Shown here one piece after another: positions 1-9,919 of a stretch of DNA of 64,000 nt. The stretch is from IMG/VR virus record IMGVR_UViG_3300044796_000657, positions 1-64,000 of that record. The stretch is one strand, 5' to 3'. The translations under genes and the position numbers were made by a program. The stretch's first letter is position 1; each line of letters opens with the position of its first letter. The notes under the pieces are model-generated. The model did not search any database. It saw nothing but the letters and a program-made list of their open reading frames with translations, and was not told the origin of the DNA.

Positions 1-201
1 TTACTCGCCTTCTTCTTCTTCCTCTTCTTCATCGTCGTCATCGAGATCGTCGTCGTCATCATCATCATCATCGAGATCGTCATCTTCATCCAACTCGTCG
101 TCTTCTTCGAGTTCGTCGTCTTCGTCCGGCTTTGGTGGTGGCCCGACGCCGCTGGTGTCTTCGTCGTCGGGTGGCGTGGCCGAAGAATTTTTGCGTGCCA
201 T
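1..201 (-). CDS. Very acidic low-complexity protein (66 aa)
   Basis: ATG at 201 behind AAGGAA SD; MARKNSSATPP followed by a long D/E tract; TAA at 1-3. Confidence 0.75.
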   Translation of the reverse strand: MARKNSSATPPDDEDTSGVGPPPKPDEDDELEEDDELDEDDDLDDDDDDDDDLDDDDEEEEEEEGE

Positions 202-350
202 AAACGGTTCCTTTCGCAGAATTGAATTATTGGACACACGCAGTCTATACGACCCTTTTGGCTGTGTCAACAAAAAAATACAGAAAATTTGAATAACCAG
301 CAGAATTACCACTACCTTTTAATGCAAGAAATATGCCAACTAAATAGGGC

Positions 351-884
351 ATGAAGCAACTACTATCCTTACTTGTCACATTCATACTTTCTACTGCCCT
401 TTTTGCTGATGTTGATATTCCCAATTCTGATCGTGTTATAAACCGTGCTCCAGGCTATTGCGCATGGTGTTGCCTTGAAACACTTGGAAAATTCCATCAC
501 GTAAAAGCCCTCTACAACCTTGCTGCCGATAGAGAGAATGATTCGGACTTCGTTCATCAACTACCAAATAATCAAATCTATATTGAAGCCAAAAATTCTG
601 GATCACGCCCTGCTGTTGAAGCCAAACTTAAAGCATTGAATGTTAAGTATATTCTGACCGACAATAAGAACGATACTTCCCTGCTCGCCAAAGAAGGCGG
701 TATGGTTTATCTTGATAAGGGCGCAATTTCCCCTAATGAGGCTCATGCCGTTATCCTCACTGCCTACCATGATGATGTTGTAGAATACCTCGATCCCAAT
801 GATTGCCGCATCTACGTGACGACCAAAAAGTGGTTTCACTACTACTGGACGGGATTTTGCCTAATGTTGGAAAAAAGCAAATAA
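351..884 (+). CDS. Secreted papain-like / C39-like cysteine peptidase
   Basis: Signal-peptide-like N-terminus; GYCAWCCLE (Cys), HAVIL (His), YLDPN (Asp/Asn), WF..YWTG. Confidence 0.65.
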   Translation: MKQLLSLLVTFILSTALFADVDIPNSDRVINRAPGYCAWCCLETLGKFHHVKALYNLAADRENDSDFVHQLPNNQIYIEAKNSGSRPAVEAKLKALNVKYILTDNKNDTSLLAKEGGMVYLDKGAISPNEAHAVILTAYHDDVVEYLDPNDCRIYVTTKKWFHYYWTGFCLMLEKSK

Positions 885-958
885 TTGTGTTGACATTTAC
901 GATGAAATAGATTACTCTCTGGCCACGGATCAAGGAACGTGCAACCAAGGAGATCGCC

Positions 959-1909
959 GTGGAAGAGACCCTCATCCAACTGTGCTTCATCGTTTCGGAA
1001 TTCACCAAGGAGTATTGGTGGAGCCAACCGATCATCCTCGTTGTCATCATCGGCCTGATGGGATGGCGAACCGGCGCATGGAAGAAGAAGCTGGAAACGG
1101 CCTCCAAAAATGAAATCAACAAGCTGCGGGATGAATTCAAAACCACCGGCAAGAAGAAGGCCGACGACGACGATACGGACGAAGAAGAGCAATTCTTCCA
1201 AGAAGTCTCTAAAATGTCGCCCGTGGACAAAATCGTGGCAATCTTCACCAGAGCCTTAAGTTTTAGCCCGGAAGAATGGAGAGTGGTTTTGAATAAACCG
1301 ACGCCCCACGTGGTTCAAGGTGAGGAAAAGTTTATTTGCGATAAGCAAGGATATGAAAATCTTTCTTTCATCAAACCTCCCAAATCGGCCACACTCACCA
1401 AGTTCTTCGTTGGCGATAATGATGTTTCATCGGCAATGAAGGGAAACGACCTCCATCACAAAGCGGTCGCATTACGAGCGGACATCTTGGCGAATGCCGA
1501 ACACGAACGGTTAAGCAAGATCGCCGAAGTGTTCAATCCCAATAAAACAACAGAAATGTCGGGAGAGGAACAAGTTGTTGCCGACCAATTGTTTGAGGCG
1601 GCTATGCGATGCCTCAAAACTCACAAGTTTGTCTTGAAAGATCGCCACGGCGAACATGTTTTGGAGTCATCTTGGGATGGCTGCATACTGTCATTTCAAT
1701 CCGAAGGTCAGTATGCCGCTGTATGGGTTCAAAAAACCGCAACTCTATGCTCCCGTTTCTGTCTTTCGGATTTCTTGAATAGCGAACAACACGACAAAAT
1801 TTCAGAGCAATGTTCCAAAATTGCTATGGCTCACGAAGCATACCAATTGGCGATGTGTCAAACCTTCGATCACTTTCTTAAAAGTTCGCTGATAAAGGTG
1901 GAAGCCTAA
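959..1909 (+). CDS. Membrane-anchored hypothetical, EDVT paralog family
   Basis: AAGGAG SD + GTG; N-terminal TM; FFVGDNDVS and EHERLSKI shared with neighbours. Confidence 0.8.
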   Translation: MEETLIQLCFIVSEFTKEYWWSQPIILVVIIGLMGWRTGAWKKKLETASKNEINKLRDEFKTTGKKKADDDDTDEEEQFFQEVSKMSPVDKIVAIFTRALSFSPEEWRVVLNKPTPHVVQGEEKFICDKQGYENLSFIKPPKSATLTKFFVGDNDVSSAMKGNDLHHKAVALRADILANAEHERLSKIAEVFNPNKTTEMSGEEQVVADQLFEAAMRCLKTHKFVLKDRHGEHVLESSWDGCILSFQSEGQYAAVWVQKTATLCSRFCLSDFLNSEQHDKISEQCSKIAMAHEAYQLAMCQTFDHFLKSSLIKVEA

Positions 1910-1955
1910 TCATCGTCCCAACTTAACTTCATTCGCAATTCACAAGGATTGAGTC

Positions 1956-2483
1956 ATGGAAACTTTCTTTCATCATTTGTCATCGGTGGGGATTGTCGTG
2001 GGGGTAGGATTTTTAGTTGTCTTTTTTGTTGCTATCATGCACGGAAGCAGCAAAAAGAAAATGGACAAAATCGTTGCCGAAGGGTACGCAGCAGCCGACC
2101 GTGAGTGTAAACGTGTGGAGCGTTTATCATATATTTCGTCCGAATCGTCTGAAGTGCGGATTTGGAAGGCGGTTCGGGGAGCGGTTTGTCGGTTCATTCT
2201 GTCCGAATGGAAGTTAACGCCTTTGTGCGGTACAACAGACAGTCTGAAAAACGATGCTAAGAAAATCAGTATCAACATCTTCCATCCGCAAGATGGCCGA
2301 TTAACAGTCACCTATTTCGCTGACCAGATCATTGCCCTCTCTGAAATGTGCTACAAAATAGCCAAAAACAATTCAACCCGATACCATCACATAGATGGTC
2401 GTATTGCTCTACTGAAAAAGATCATGCGACCGGGCTACGAAAAACTTTTGGTTCATCCGTGGTTCCAACACAAGGTAAGTTAA
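1956..2483 (+). CDS. Membrane-anchored hypothetical protein
   Basis: AAGGA SD; N-terminal TM; 175 aa. Confidence 0.8.
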   Translation: METFFHHLSSVGIVVGVGFLVVFFVAIMHGSSKKKMDKIVAEGYAAADRECKRVERLSYISSESSEVRIWKAVRGAVCRFILSEWKLTPLCGTTDSLKNDAKKISINIFHPQDGRLTVTYFADQIIALSEMCYKIAKNNSTRYHHIDGRIALLKKIMRPGYEKLLVHPWFQHKVS

Positions 2484-2526
2484 CGTGGCCTGATGCGGAC
2501 ACCCCGATGGTGGCAAAAACTATACT

Positions 2527-3210
2527 GTGGAATGCGAGAATACATTTAAGGAGCTTCCCGTGAACGAGAACACTTTGGCCATTATCACCAACAAAAGCGA
2601 TTCAATCTGCCAACAAATCTTAACGGTTTGTGTGGGTGCTATTGTCGTATTAGGAATAGGGTACCTCATTGTTGTGATCTATCAACATGTTTTATCCTTC
2701 TTGAGGGTGTTTTCGCTGATACAAAAAGGTCGTCGCAAAGTGAGGCAGTACAAAAAGGAATACGCACAATACCTCACCAGTGAACCTCTCGGCGTCGTAC
2801 AATCAATCGTTGCTCAAGAGGCAACAGCATTTACGCCGATGGTTGACAACATCCAAAGCGAAATTGAAGCAGCGATTTTGTTGGGTGGTGAGGCATGGAC
2901 TCTGAAGCCACCAGTCATTTCCAAATATATTGACTTGTACTCAATACTCACGCATAAATCAATCACTTTGCGTATCTCTCGGCAGTATGTTCATCCATCC
3001 CATCCACCGTTAAAGTTTGAGTTTTTTGTAGGCGAGGAGGACGTTACTGATATTGTAAACATTCCAAGACCAGTATACAAATATCGCTTCGTCTCTCCTA
3101 CACCTTGCCCGACACTGGAAGAACGGGCGCACGCTCTTCTCAAAGTCAAACTCGAACAAGAGGAAAACGAACGGCTGAAAAACATCTTGGAAGATCGTAT
3201 TCCTTTTTGA
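2527..3210 (+). CDS. Membrane-anchored hypothetical, EDVT paralog family
   Basis: TM; LLGGEAWTL, FFVGEEDVT, EQEENERLKNIL; exact start uncertain. Confidence 0.8.
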   Translation: MECENTFKELPVNENTLAIITNKSDSICQQILTVCVGAIVVLGIGYLIVVIYQHVLSFLRVFSLIQKGRRKVRQYKKEYAQYLTSEPLGVVQSIVAQEATAFTPMVDNIQSEIEAAILLGGEAWTLKPPVISKYIDLYSILTHKSITLRISRQYVHPSHPPLKFEFFVGEEDVTDIVNIPRPVYKYRFVSPTPCPTLEERAHALLKVKLEQEENERLKNILEDRIPF

Positions 3211-3229
3211 AAAAATTGCCATTTTTTTC

Positions 3230-3258
3230 TTGACATTGACACGGCATTAAGTTATACT
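3230..3258 (+). promoter_or_regulatory. Sigma70-type promoter
   Basis: TTGACA-17-TATACT upstream of the 3282 ORF. Confidence 0.75.
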
Positions 3259-3281
3259 CGTTCCACCACTGAGGGATCGCC

Positions 3282-4967
3282 ATGTTTTGGGACTTTGACC
3301 AAACTAAGCAAGGTATCGCAGTTATTGTTTCCTTCTTTTTCGGCACCCTCTCGTTTGTAAGAGTGGCGATTTTCCTCCACCGCATTTTTCTTCGCAAGAA
3401 CCAAAACAACGTCAGTCATATCACGACCAACAAGCTCGTAGAAAACGTCTCCCCCGCTGAAATGATTCGAGAAGGATTACGAAAACTGATCCTCTTGGGT
3501 TATGAAGCATGGGATTTGACAGAAGAAAACAACAAGGAATTTCCTGCTACTTGCTCTTACAAGACTCTTACCAGCAACAAGATCAAAGAAGTTAAACTCA
3601 AATATTGGCCGCAATTTCGCATGTATGGCGCATGGGTTGGCAAAGAGGATGTGACCAAGGAACTTAATTTGTTTCTCGATGTTCGCCTTTATGATGACCC
3701 CAACCATATCGGCATCTTGATACACGAATTGTTCCAAGGCAAAATCCAGCAAGTGGAAAAGGCCAATCTCGCCGAAAAAGAACAAGAGGAAAACGCACGA
3801 CTCACAAGAATACTTCAGCCAGTTATCGAGTTGGATGAAATCACAAAATTCATTGACAAGAATGTTGGCCAAATGATGGCGGAAAATTTCGGGCCAACAC
3901 CGGAAACGGCAAGCATCATGGATGGCTTGCGATGGGATAAGGATTTTGAAATCAATCGTGGACTAATGGAATTCAGCCAAGCGGAAATCACGCAGGCTCG
4001 CCTAGAAGAGTCGATGGATCGCAAGCAGACGGGTATTCCTGTTTACGATGCCGCATTTGAACAATGTGGCAATGGTTTGGGGTCATTCCTGAAGAGTCCG
4101 CAACTAATACCCACGGTATACAACTACGACAAGGTGGGGGAACCATTGCTGCCCCGATATGATGTTAACAATCCACCGCCTGAACCTCTTCCTATGAGTG
4201 GCATCGGTACAACCATCAGTTGCGATGACAGCTTGGTATTGTTCGGTCTTTTGATCAAGATCAGCAGAAAACCCTACTACTTTTTGGCACACACAAGAAA
4301 CATATTCAGATCAGATGATAACACCATCCAGTTTATTGATATGCCGAATGGAATTAATATATCAACCGTGGTCAACAATGAACGACGCTCGATCTTAGAA
4401 TTTTTGTCAGGCCGAGAGCAAGCCATTGTCACCAAAGCATACAAATCTTTGGCGGCAAGTATTCGGAGTAATCTGAATACTGCTCGCAGTGAAGCTATAG
4501 CGTTTGTCGATCATCCACCACGAAGATTGGAAGCAGCAGAAACATTCCGAGACATTATCATCACCTTGAAAGGTATCTGCGAAGAACCGCCCGAAAAGGA
4601 ATGGGTAAGGTTGAATAATCTGCTGTACAATCGGCTGGCTGCTTGCCTCAGCAGAACCGACAAGTGGGAAATGCATAGTTATTACGGCTTCAACACGCAA
4701 AACGATGCTGTGATATTCACTATGAGCAAAACAAAAATGACTCACCTTGTTATCGAGTCTGGACAAGGGCAAATAGATGTCAGATCGTGCTTGACTCCCG
4801 ATCAACTTATTGATATTACGAATAAGTGTCTTGACATAGCAACGTTTTGTCGTGAGAAATACGGGCCGCTATACTCGACCAAACTGTTTAGTGTTAGCGA
4901 AACACGCAATGCCGAAGTGATTGGTAAATGTATCGAGGGACTTGACCGCACAATCTTTGGCAATTAG
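3282..4967 (+). CDS. Membrane-anchored hypothetical, EDVT paralog family (561 aa)
   Basis: GAGGGA SD; TM; ILLGYEAWDL, WVGKEDVT, EQEENARLTRIL. Confidence 0.85.
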   Translation: MFWDFDQTKQGIAVIVSFFFGTLSFVRVAIFLHRIFLRKNQNNVSHITTNKLVENVSPAEMIREGLRKLILLGYEAWDLTEENNKEFPATCSYKTLTSNKIKEVKLKYWPQFRMYGAWVGKEDVTKELNLFLDVRLYDDPNHIGILIHELFQGKIQQVEKANLAEKEQEENARLTRILQPVIELDEITKFIDKNVGQMMAENFGPTPETASIMDGLRWDKDFEINRGLMEFSQAEITQARLEESMDRKQTGIPVYDAAFEQCGNGLGSFLKSPQLIPTVYNYDKVGEPLLPRYDVNNPPPEPLPMSGIGTTISCDDSLVLFGLLIKISRKPYYFLAHTRNIFRSDDNTIQFIDMPNGINISTVVNNERRSILEFLSGREQAIVTKAYKSLAASIRSNLNTARSEAIAFVDHPPRRLEAAETFRDIIITLKGICEEPPEKEWVRLNNLLYNRLAACLSRTDKWEMHSYYGFNTQNDAVIFTMSKTKMTHLVIESGQGQIDVRSCLTPDQLIDITNKCLDIATFCREKYGPLYSTKLFSVSETRNAEVIGKCIEGLDRTIFGN

Positions 4968-4987
4968 CCATTATTGATACAGGGCGG

Positions 4988-4998
4988 GTGACCATACA
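4988..4998 (+). repeat. Isolated GTGACCATACA site
   Basis: Exact 11-mer between a stop codon (4967) and an AGGAGG-ATG start (5041), in coding orientation. Confidence 0.9.
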
Positions 4999-5040
4999 CC
5001 CCCTTTATTGTTCCGTTTTCACCCTTCAGGAGGATTGTCC

Positions 5041-5694
5041 ATGTTTGCGAGTCTCACGAACGGCGAAGTGTTCATGGAGAAGTTTAACGCTGGCGTTCAA
5101 TACGTCGGGAACTTCTCGCAAAACCAATGGGAAAGTGTGACCATTGGGGCTGTGTTGTCGTTCATCACGGCAATGGTCTTCGGCGTCAAACTCAAAAAGC
5201 GGAATCGCCGAATCAAGAAACAGGAAATCGGATTGATCGACAACCAACAACAAGCCAACTGGACCCTCGAAAAAACAGTCACAGCCCTCCAGCAGGCACA
5301 CAAGGCCGAACTGGAGGAATTGCGAAACCCCTCGCCGGTCATTCGCATTTACCAGATGTTCGGCAACGCTCTCGGCCTCTTCGATAACTGGACAGTCAGC
5401 ACTCCTGCAGCCGAAGAAACTGTCGGCACCTATGTCGATCCCACAACGAAACACACCTTAACGTTGAAGACGGCCAAAAATTCGATCAAATTCTCCATCA
5501 ACAACGAAGATGTCACCGACCACATCCTCGGTTATGAACACAATAAGGGGATCAACGGCAACCAAACATTGAGCAGCATCTTCCGCAACGCACTCCAAGT
5601 GAAGAAGAACAAGGCCGAAACTGACCGTTTGGCCAAGATCGCCAACCTGCTCGGCACACCGGCAGCACCTACGCATCGTGATCGCTACGCTTAA
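5041..5694 (+). CDS. Membrane-anchored hypothetical, EDVT paralog family
   Basis: AGGAGG SD + ATG 5041; TM; INNEDVTD, ETDRLAKI. Confidence 0.85.
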   Translation: MFASLTNGEVFMEKFNAGVQYVGNFSQNQWESVTIGAVLSFITAMVFGVKLKKRNRRIKKQEIGLIDNQQQANWTLEKTVTALQQAHKAELEELRNPSPVIRIYQMFGNALGLFDNWTVSTPAAEETVGTYVDPTTKHTLTLKTAKNSIKFSINNEDVTDHILGYEHNKGINGNQTLSSIFRNALQVKKNKAETDRLAKIANLLGTPAAPTHRDRYA

Positions 5695-5740
5695 GCGATT
5701 GGGTGACATGTCGTAGGTTCCTTTCCACTGGCCGGGGTGC

Positions 5741-6031
5741 GTGATGCCTTTACTACTTGACGAAGCAGTGATCGAGTCCCTTATCGCCAAAGGTAAATTG
5801 GTACAGGATAGCCAAGACCTTTTTACAGCGACAGTGAACAAGGGCGTCGTTTACGAAGGGAAGATTGCCATTACCAGAGAAGTTAACGGCAATCTCGTCA
5901 AGTGGTATGGTGAAAGACCGTGGGGCTTGTTGATTGAAAAGTCGCAAGCCCCCTCGTTGTGGCTTCTACTCCGAAGACTAGGAATGGAAGTCCGTATGGT
6001 TCCCAAATCCGAAGAATCTTTCAAGGAGTAA
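5741..6031 (+). CDS. Hypothetical protein
   Basis: 96-aa ORF in a co-oriented gene run. Confidence 0.65.
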   Translation: MMPLLLDEAVIESLIAKGKLVQDSQDLFTATVNKGVVYEGKIAITREVNGNLVKWYGERPWGLLIEKSQAPSLWLLLRRLGMEVRMVPKSEESFKE

Positions 6032-6034
6032 GTC

Positions 6035-7078
6035 GTGGAACAGCAACAAGGTCACACTTTCGGCCAATTCATTTTGTGGAGTCTCGAACAGACTTGGCCT
6101 ATTTGGTCAGTCTTGTGTGGCTTCGGCTTACTTTACGGCTTCGTTTGTGTGCTTGACAAACGCCGCAAAAAACTGGCAGCAATAGCGAAATGCGAAGCGA
6201 CGAATGAACGTATTGCCAAAAAAGCGAGAGCGAACATTAACGAAGTTCTCAACGATCCAAACGCTGTGACAACGGAAATCATTCGGGCATTAATCATCCA
6301 AGCCATCAGAATGGGTGTAAATTTCTGGACATTGGAAGCCAACACTTGCGACGGATATGGATACAATGGCATTTCCAGCGATGTGCTGAAATTTGTATGC
6401 GGGCCAATTCGCCTCAAAACCACGAAAGTCTATTCACGGGTACTCCACGAAATCATCACAGCTCTTCAAGTCTTTGTCAATGAAGAGGACATCACTTCTC
6501 TTGTCTTGGATCAAGATACAGAACAAGAAGGCAACCGCCTCTATAAAGAAAAAATTGAACAGATCAAATTGGAAAAACTTGAAAAAATCATCAAGCCAAA
6601 AGAGGAAATCAAAGAAGCTTTGCCGCTCCCAACCCAAACGAATGGGCCAGCTTATGAAGCCCTTAAAGGTTGGGATGACATGGAATTACCAAAATTGAAA
6701 ACCCCTGAACAAACTGCCCAAGAAATATTGGCGACTTTACCTCCTCCAATTAAATTCCAATCTTATGATGAAGTTGCTGCCGTCGCTGCCAATAATGGTT
6801 TTCCCGCTCGTTTCCCAGATTGGAAATGGGGTACCGACTATGAAGTGCTAGAACGCAAACCCAAACCTCCCACACTCAAACCAACTGGCGATTGGAAACC
6901 TGCGTTTGATATTCCAGAAGAAGCTATCAAAGAAGCTTACAGACAACACTTGTTGGTGAACGAGGAGCTGAAAAAGCGATGTCAATCCACTAACGATAAA
7001 CCTATGCCCATGCTGCTTTTATCGCCGGTGATGGGTTATGAGGAATTTCGAGCCATTATTACCAAGAGTGAAAAATGA
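6035..7078 (+). CDS. Membrane-anchored hypothetical, EDVT paralog family
   Basis: AAGGAG SD + GTG; TM; MGVNFWTL, FVNEEDITS; Pro-rich C-terminus. Confidence 0.85.
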   Translation: MEQQQGHTFGQFILWSLEQTWPIWSVLCGFGLLYGFVCVLDKRRKKLAAIAKCEATNERIAKKARANINEVLNDPNAVTTEIIRALIIQAIRMGVNFWTLEANTCDGYGYNGISSDVLKFVCGPIRLKTTKVYSRVLHEIITALQVFVNEEDITSLVLDQDTEQEGNRLYKEKIEQIKLEKLEKIIKPKEEIKEALPLPTQTNGPAYEALKGWDDMELPKLKTPEQTAQEILATLPPPIKFQSYDEVAAVAANNGFPARFPDWKWGTDYEVLERKPKPPTLKPTGDWKPAFDIPEEAIKEAYRQHLLVNEELKKRCQSTNDKPMPMLLLSPVMGYEEFRAIITKSEK

Positions 7079-7719
7079 CAAATCACATGGAAGATTGCGT
7101 ATTTCTTTTTGATATGGACGGGAGCATGGCTGATCATGACTCTGCCCTCTTGGAGGGGTTGAACATGCTCAAATGCCCCGGCGAAGAGGAAGTTAACTTG
7201 TGGGCCGAAGATCACCCACAATACATCCTCAACCGTATTAGACTCATACGCAATCAACCCGGTTGGTGGCTCAATCTCAAACCCATCTCACTCGGTTTGA
7301 AAATGTACGAACTCGCTATCCAAATGGGCTTCATCGCCGAAGTGTTAACAAAAGGCCCAAGAAATCCCAACGCATGGAAAGAAAAAGTCGAGTGGTGCAA
7401 CAGATACCTTCGCCCAGACACCGATGTACACATCGTATCTGACCGCTCTGAGGGCGATAAGGCCAAGAGTAGTGGTAAGGGACGATTCTACGGAAGAGTT
7501 CTGTACGATGATTATGGGCCATTTATGTTGAAGTGGTTGAGGCACCGTCCCCGTGGACTTGGCATCATGCCTGTTAATGCTCACAATAAGGATTTCGATC
7601 ATCCAAATGTTTTGCGATACGATGGCAGTCCGGAAAGTCTAGCCATTGTCAAAGAGGCATTAAGCCGAACTATGGCAAGAAAGCCCGGAGAACCTTTTAC
7701 TATCGCTGACTTGAAATGA
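7075..7719 (+). CDS. HAD-superfamily 5'(3')-deoxyribonucleotidase-like protein
   Basis: FDMDG motif I, WWLNLKP, LTKGP, KVEWC, LYDD motif IV; ATGA overlap. Confidence 0.75.
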   Translation: MTNHMEDCVFLFDMDGSMADHDSALLEGLNMLKCPGEEEVNLWAEDHPQYILNRIRLIRNQPGWWLNLKPISLGLKMYELAIQMGFIAEVLTKGPRNPNAWKEKVEWCNRYLRPDTDVHIVSDRSEGDKAKSSGKGRFYGRVLYDDYGPFMLKWLRHRPRGLGIMPVNAHNKDFDHPNVLRYDGSPESLAIVKEALSRTMARKPGEPFTIADLK

Positions 7720-7985
7720 AAATCATGGAACTTCCAATAAGAGAGCTTGTTTACGAGTATGAAACCCAAATTCACATCGGGCTTCCGGAAGGAGACACCC
7801 GAATTAAAGTGATGCGGGCACTCAACAAACACCACATGGGACAAGAGCAAGTCCCAACGGGTAGAGCGAGTATCAAAATTCCACACGCTCTCATGGAGGC
7901 CGTACAAGCTGCCTGCAAAATCAGACAACGGATTGTCAAGGTAAAAATATACAGTGACGGTTCCATTGAACACCTTTTACGTTAA
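7716..7985 (+). CDS. Hypothetical protein
   Basis: ATGA-coupled 89-aa ORF. Confidence 0.75.
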   Translation: MKIMELPIRELVYEYETQIHIGLPEGDTRIKVMRALNKHHMGQEQVPTGRASIKIPHALMEAVQAACKIRQRIVKVKIYSDGSIEHLLR

Positions 7986-7994
7986 GGAGATGCG

Positions 7995-8282
7995 ATGGAC
8001 GAAACACCCCACAAGCGATTAGCCGATGGTGAGCTTCTCGTCATTACGCTTATTAGCGGTGCTATCTTGTTTGTCATTGGTATTATCTGGACAGATATTG
8101 CCATGAACCGCCGTATTGAAATCAATAAACCAACCATCGGCGACAAACGATCCGACTTGGCCAAAAATCTACTGGCCACCAATAATAAACTCACCGCTGC
8201 CGACGTAAGCAAGATCGTTAATGCTTGTTACACCGATGAAGACTTCGCAACAAACTCTACGGCGAATTCCCTGCAAAAATAA
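7995..8282 (+). CDS. Small membrane protein
   Basis: AAGGAG SD; one TM segment. Confidence 0.75.
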   Translation: MDETPHKRLADGELLVITLISGAILFVIGIIWTDIAMNRRIEINKPTIGDKRSDLAKNLLATNNKLTAADVSKIVNACYTDEDFATNSTANSLQK

Positions 8283-8293
8283 CAAAAATTCAT

Positions 8294-8322
8294 TTGACAA
8301 CGCTTGATGCTTATGGTATACT
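8294..8322 (+). promoter_or_regulatory. Sigma70-type promoter with extended -10
   Basis: TTGACA-17-TATACT preceded by TGn. Confidence 0.8.
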
Positions 8323-8346
8323 CAATGCTCAATCAAGGAGTCAATA

Positions 8347-8490
8347 ATGTTTCCCACAAACGGCCAGTTGTTATTGCTTGTTGGCGGATTGGCTTTTGTT
8401 GTTTTTTTTGGTTCTTGTGTGGTCAATGAACCCGAAGAACCCAAACCCCGAAAATTGTCCCGATACAACATCCAACCTAGCAAGAATTAA
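8347..8490 (+). CDS. Small membrane protein (47 aa, not in ORF track)
   Basis: AAGGAG SD; MFPTNGQLLLLVGGLAFVVFFGSCVVNEPEEPKPRK... Confidence 0.65.
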   Translation: MFPTNGQLLLLVGGLAFVVFFGSCVVNEPEEPKPRKLSRYNIQPSKN

Positions 8491-8502
8491 CAAAAGATTG
8501 CC

Positions 8503-8769
8503 ATGAAACGAGAAAACAAACTTGTGAAATTGGCCGAAAAGAACGGCTGGACTGTTGCAGAAATTGCTCAACTGCGATGGGAACTATGGGGTCAAATATA
8601 TCTGCCCGACAACTTTCGTGGTGAATTGCCATTACCGAGTACCATTCGGGAAGGCATTCAAATGTTGATCGGCGAAGATTGGGATCGAATCGCAGAACCG
8701 CACTTGGCCAAACCGCCTTACCGGGATGGTAGCCGTAATCCCAATGAAATGCCAGTAGGAGTTGCTTAA
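8503..8769 (+). CDS. Hypothetical protein
   Basis: 88-aa ORF in operon. Confidence 0.7.
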   Translation: MKRENKLVKLAEKNGWTVAEIAQLRWELWGQIYLPDNFRGELPLPSTIREGIQMLIGEDWDRIAEPHLAKPPYRDGSRNPNEMPVGVA

Positions 8770-8770
8770 C

Positions 8771-9220
8771 ATGCCACTCAACAAAACTTTTTTGCTCGCT
8801 GCCGTCGCCCCGCATACCGAAGGGTCAATGCTCTTAGTCATTGACTCTCTTGACGATTTCGTAGTTAAGTTCAAGGAATACTACGCCAAGAAACGAGAAT
8901 TCATGTTGGCTGGCGTTCCAAAATACTACGCTCATAAGCGAGATGAAGAATGGGGCAAGACCTGCGATAAACGCACCAAACTGGAAAAGAAATTCATCGC
9001 TGACAACAACAACAAGCCGTTCGACTTCGAGTTCGAAACAGGTTGCCGTTACAGTAAAGATGACACCGTTATCGCTGGCTACTTCTATGACAACGTTAAC
9101 ATCTTTCTGGAAAAGAAACGCTGTACCGATCATCGTGACGATTGCCACTGGTATATTGTCCGAGAATTCATGAGTGATCTACCAACCGGAACCCACTACC
9201 TCGGCGATTATTGCGCATAA
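8771..9220 (+). CDS. Hypothetical protein
   Basis: AGGAG SD; ATG at 8771. Confidence 0.75.
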   Translation: MPLNKTFLLAAVAPHTEGSMLLVIDSLDDFVVKFKEYYAKKREFMLAGVPKYYAHKRDEEWGKTCDKRTKLEKKFIADNNNKPFDFEFETGCRYSKDDTVIAGYFYDNVNIFLEKKRCTDHRDDCHWYIVREFMSDLPTGTHYLGDYCA

Positions 9221-9231
9221 AGGACATTAAC

Positions 9232-9384
9232 ATGAGTTGCGGTTGCTACAATCCAGAATCCAAAAAATGCCTATTGGTAGTGATGATTTTCATCCTCGTA
9301 GGTATCGTTATCACCATTATGGCGTGTAATCCCGGCACCGCAAACACCAAACAAACTTCTCAAATTTTGTCCGGAAAACAATAA
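9232..9384 (+). CDS. Small membrane protein (50 aa, not in ORF track)
   Basis: AAGGA SD; hydrophobic LLVVMIFILVGIVITIMA. Confidence 0.6.
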   Translation: MSCGCYNPESKKCLLVVMIFILVGIVITIMACNPGTANTKQTSQILSGKQ

Positions 9385-9394
9385 GGAAGTTGAC

Positions 9395-9808
9395 ATGTTA
9401 CGACTCATGAAGTATGGTACCCTCGGCCTGATCCTCTCATTCTGCAGCTACGCAGGATACAACAAGATTTCCTCCAAGATCAGCACGCCGGAAGGTATGA
9501 AGATCGAGGTGCGAAACAACAAGTGCCGCCTTCTCGCTCCAGACGGCAAGGTGCTGCTGGAAATGGAAGCCGATGGTACTTCCTTCACAGTTAACAGCGT
9601 CAGCACAGCGTTCGGTACACACGTGCAGGGCAATCGTGTCCGTGTCATTGATGAAGACGGCACAACGACCCTGTGCGACATGGACTACAACGGTAAGATC
9701 ATCACCGTGACCAACATTCACGGTTTAAAGGTCAGCGATGTAGACATTAAACTCCATATGGACAAAAAGACCGGAACCTTGGCCGGAATCTCTATCCCCA
9801 AACTGTGA
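9395..9808 (+). CDS. Exported or membrane-anchored beta-rich hypothetical protein
   Basis: AAGGAAG SD; N-terminal hydrophobic segment. Confidence 0.75.
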   Translation: MLRLMKYGTLGLILSFCSYAGYNKISSKISTPEGMKIEVRNNKCRLLAPDGKVLLEMEADGTSFTVNSVSTAFGTHVQGNRVRVIDEDGTTTLCDMDYNGKIITVTNIHGLKVSDVDIKLHMDKKTGTLAGISIPKL

Positions 9809-9811
9809 GTT

Positions 9812-9919
9812 ATGAGTAAATCCCGAAAAGACCAGAAAAAACACCGACGCAAAGTCGCTGGTACACAAAAGGGAAAATCCGAACACAGCAAGCGGAACAA
9901 AAGAAGGAACAGAAAGTGA
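9812..9919 (+). CDS. Very basic 35-aa peptide
   Basis: MSKSRKDQKKHRRKVAGTQKGKSEHSKRNKRRNRK; fills the gap exactly, with a GTGA overlap into the next gene. Confidence 0.55.
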   Translation: MSKSRKDQKKHRRKVAGTQKGKSEHSKRNKRRNRK

